Assembly (NCBI GenBank): GCA_009103225.1
Contig: RHPI01001921.1
Span: 1-49,687 of the forward strand
DNA from: Chlorokybus atmophyticus
Taxonomy: Eukaryota; Plantae; Mesostigma and Chlorokybus algae
Direction: 5' to 3'
DNA: 49,687 nt
Both the position numbers and the translations under genes were made by a program. Positions 46,958 through 49,687 of this stretch are shown here, one piece after another. Each line of letters opens with the position of its first letter. Position 1 is the first letter of the stretch. The notes beneath the pieces are model-generated. The model did no database searches. It saw only the letters and a program-made list of their open reading frames with translations, and was not told the origin of the DNA.

Positions 46958-49687
46958 TCAGCGTCCCTTGTTCCAACAACCTTCTTCTTTGTTTTTTTTG
47001 TCACCCTGCACATCCTGGCAGGCGCTCTCCGTGGCACTGTCACTCAGAGGAGGTAAGGCGTTATCTTCTTGCTCCACAGCCTTGCGCTTGTTGGTTGCCT
47101 CCCGTTCCTCCACGACCTCATGTTGCTTCATGAGGTCGAGCATGAAGCCTTTGTCTTTCAGCGCAGCTTTCAGGACACCTCGATCAATCTCGTTACCAAC
47201 AAGACAGGCTGGGATCAATGTGGCAAGCTTAGAGGGAGAGGGCGAGCTACAGCTGCTTCTTGATGGAGATGCCTCTGGATGGTCAGAGTGCGGTGGCAAG
47301 TGAGTCTCCGCGGCAGGAAGGGAGGGTTCTAAATTGGGATTGCGATTGCATGTGGCTGTGGTTGAGGGGAGGCAGGATGTGCAAAACACTCGGCTACTTC
47401 TTGCCTACCATAAAAAGGCGAGGCCTGAGGCGTTGGCGCAGCACTCTGGGTCACAGCCGGTGGTAGCGGGGAATTGGCAACGCCATTCCGCCACTCTTCG
47501 ATTAGCTGTGTTACCTCCGGTGGCACTTCATGCATAGGCCACGACCACTGTTCGGTGCTTGCAGGCTTGAGGAGCCAAAAGTGTGCTTCTGGCTCATCAG
47601 GAGCAGTGTTGCCCACCACCAGGACTGAGTTGGGGGCTTCTTTATTTCCAACCCAAACTGCGCTGCCGGGCCGTGGCACCCACTCCCCATGCTCGAGCTG
47701 AACGGTCACGCAGCCAATCAAGAAGCCCAGCTTGTTGGCAAACATGGTCATCTGCAGGTGCTCGACGTACACATCTTTTCTCCGTGCGATCTGTCGCACC
47801 TTGGCCATGGCTAGGTCAATGTTGCAGTTGACATCAGCCAACAGGGCCGCAGGCAGTTTGTCGTAATACTGCGCCATCTCTCCCAGGCACCAGTGGCTCT
47901 GCAGAAGTCTGAAATTCTGCTCGCCACGCCTGCATCGACAGCCTTGGCGGTGATTTTGCGGAGAGTGTGCCCCCTGCCGTCGTCGTCCATGGTGTCCAGC
48001 ATGGCCCAAAATCTGCTCGAGCTGGGGCACTTATGATCATCCAGGACACTTTGCGCTATGGATGGCCTGGCGCGAAATACACAATGGTAGAAGCAATTAC
48101 CATCCGTTGGCGCATTGAAGTGGTCCCATGAGGCGAGCTGGCCACCTAGCATGACTGATGGCCGTATGCGGGTTGCGGCCAGCTCTTTTGATGACTCGCT
48201 GGCAGGTGGTGACTCCTGCTGCATGCGCATACAGCACTCACATGGTGTGTCCAACTGTGGACGGCAAGAGTCACAGTGACTGATAAAGTACCTGAGTTTG
48301 GGGCAGACTGCCGGCTTCAACTTGCAGCGGGTGGGGTAAGGTAGGTGCAGAAACCACATCGGTTGTTGCATTGTGCTGTTGTCTCGCCGGTGGCGGCAAG
48401 AAGGATTGTTGCCCCGCAATCACCGGTGCTGCCCGTGGAGGAGATGGCAGTGCATGAAGGACTGGTGCCGCGGAAGGTGGTTGCGCTCTGGCTGGGAGGG
48501 GAGCAGGAGCTGCAGGTGAGACCACTTGTGCATGCAGCAAGGGGGGCTGTATACAGGACCCAGGATAAGATGGCTCACAATGTTGCAAAGGACGAATATA
48601 AGCTTGTGCAGTGCCTGACGCAGTGTTACCAAGGCACGAGCATAAAAGACAGCGACTTACCTGAATGGCCCATGGGCTGCATGGAGCAGGGGAAGTCATG
48701 GGGGCTGACAAGGTGGTATTGGCTGCACTCTCCCCGCCACCCTCGATGGCAGACTCATCACGGAGCTCGTGAGCCATGGGCACATCATGCGCCACTGCCC
48801 CAATGGACATGTCGGGATTCAACAGGCCAACATGCATGTTAAACTGATGCCGCATTGCCGCCGCGCCCATCAGCAAGTGGGATTGAAGGACCAGTTGATG
48901 GGATTGAATCCAGGCTTGCATAGGAGCTCCAACAGGACCTAGTGCACTGTGGTGCTGTCAACCAATTACATGTGGGTTAGCTGCATGCTTGCGACACTGC
49001 AATTGCAATAGTCAACTGCGTCACACCGTCATCAGTTGGTTGCTTTGAACAGTCACCTGCGGCATTGCTGGTTGATGCACGAATGATTCCATGGACTGCG
49101 TCATTGCTGGTTGATGCACTATTGGTTGAATGCCGGACGAATGGCCACACGCTCCTGTGCTCAAACCCAACCTACTTCGTTCGGCACGCGCGCGCGACTT
49201 CGCACGCTCACGCACATCCTAGCATGCAAAGGTAGGCATGCATTGGAGCCGACATTGCAGTCAACATGCACAGCGAGATTGGCAACAACATACCGCCGCC
49301 CAGCTCTGTCTATCTGCTCTTGCTTCCGCAATGTCGGCTTGACTGTAGGGTGGGTATGGGTGAATAGTGGAGGCCTGCAGCCACGCTACATATATCACAT
49401 GGACTGCGCTAAAAAACAAATTGCTCTTGCAAGGAAATGCATGTGACTGTTGAGCGTACCTCTGCATTCCTTTGTGCTTGTTCCCACAGCCGCAATTGGT
49501 CCCGCATGGTTCTGACAAGGGGCTCCAAGGACTGCAGCTCCTGATCCACTCCTTGTTGCAGAAAGCGAGCCACCAAGCAGCTCTCTGTGTGAAGATGGTC
49601 TTTAATGGCTTGCCTGCTGGTTTGTCCAATGTTGGTGATGCATGTTGGACAGCCCCATTGCTGACGCCTGCCATGATCCATGACGTG
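46958..49687 (-). CDS. Gene A': zinc-finger and Pro/Ala exons shared with gene A, joined to an OTU-family cysteine protease domain; 5' end lies outside the window
   Basis: After the shared exons an acceptor near 48221 leads to HFNAPTDGNCFYHCVF (OTU DGNC motif) and later EAHFWLL (catalytic His). An intron of about 47329-47408 restores the frame to EPSLPAAETH...KGR*. A frame change near 47930 is unresolved. Confidence 0.7.
48269..49687 (-). repeat. Right arm of the long inverted repeat, running off the window end
   Basis: Reverse complement of 27717-29126. Confidence 0.97.

Noticed and set aside
585-49681. Most short ORFs in the supplied track
   Set aside because: They are antisense or alternate-frame shadows of the genes above, or run through CA/TG-rich introns. 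No rRNA or tRNA genes were recognised.
27717-49687. Endogenous giant virus, Polinton or virophage (long inverted repeats plus SET and OTU)
   Set aside because: No protein-primed polymerase, capsid or packaging ATPase is visible, the genes are intron-rich, and the transposase is of CACTA type.

Overview
Left end of a eukaryotic chromosome, probably a streptophyte-type green alga (inferred from a plant group-E bZIP, short GT-AG introns and mixed GC content). It opens with about 140 bp of (CCCTAA)n telomere. Three intron-containing host genes follow on the minus strand: an SGNH/PC-esterase-like protein, a group-E bZIP, and an actinobacterial-like PQQ glucose/sorbosone dehydrogenase with a PKD domain and probable GPI tail. 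From a short interstitial telomere tract at about 15.5 kb the rest is transposon-derived. It holds a CACTA TnpA-like gene (19.2-21.9 kb), several repeat arrays and hairpins, and a block of at least 22 kb bracketed by an inverted repeat of at least 1.4 kb that contains exons (27717-29126 and 48269-49687+). Inside that block are a large SET-domain/acidic/coiled-coil gene split by a full-length Ty1/copia element (424-bp LTRs, CAGGT target duplication), a degraded CACTA Tnp2 transposase, and an OTU-protease gene. An 11-bp motif, T(C/T)ATAG(A/G)C(C/T)GC, recurs in non-coding parts of this block. The best candidate for a novel system is a giant CACTA-type element carrying chromatin-enzyme cargo and a dispersed cognate motif. 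All alignments and counts were made by eye, and the true element termini could not be fixed within the window.
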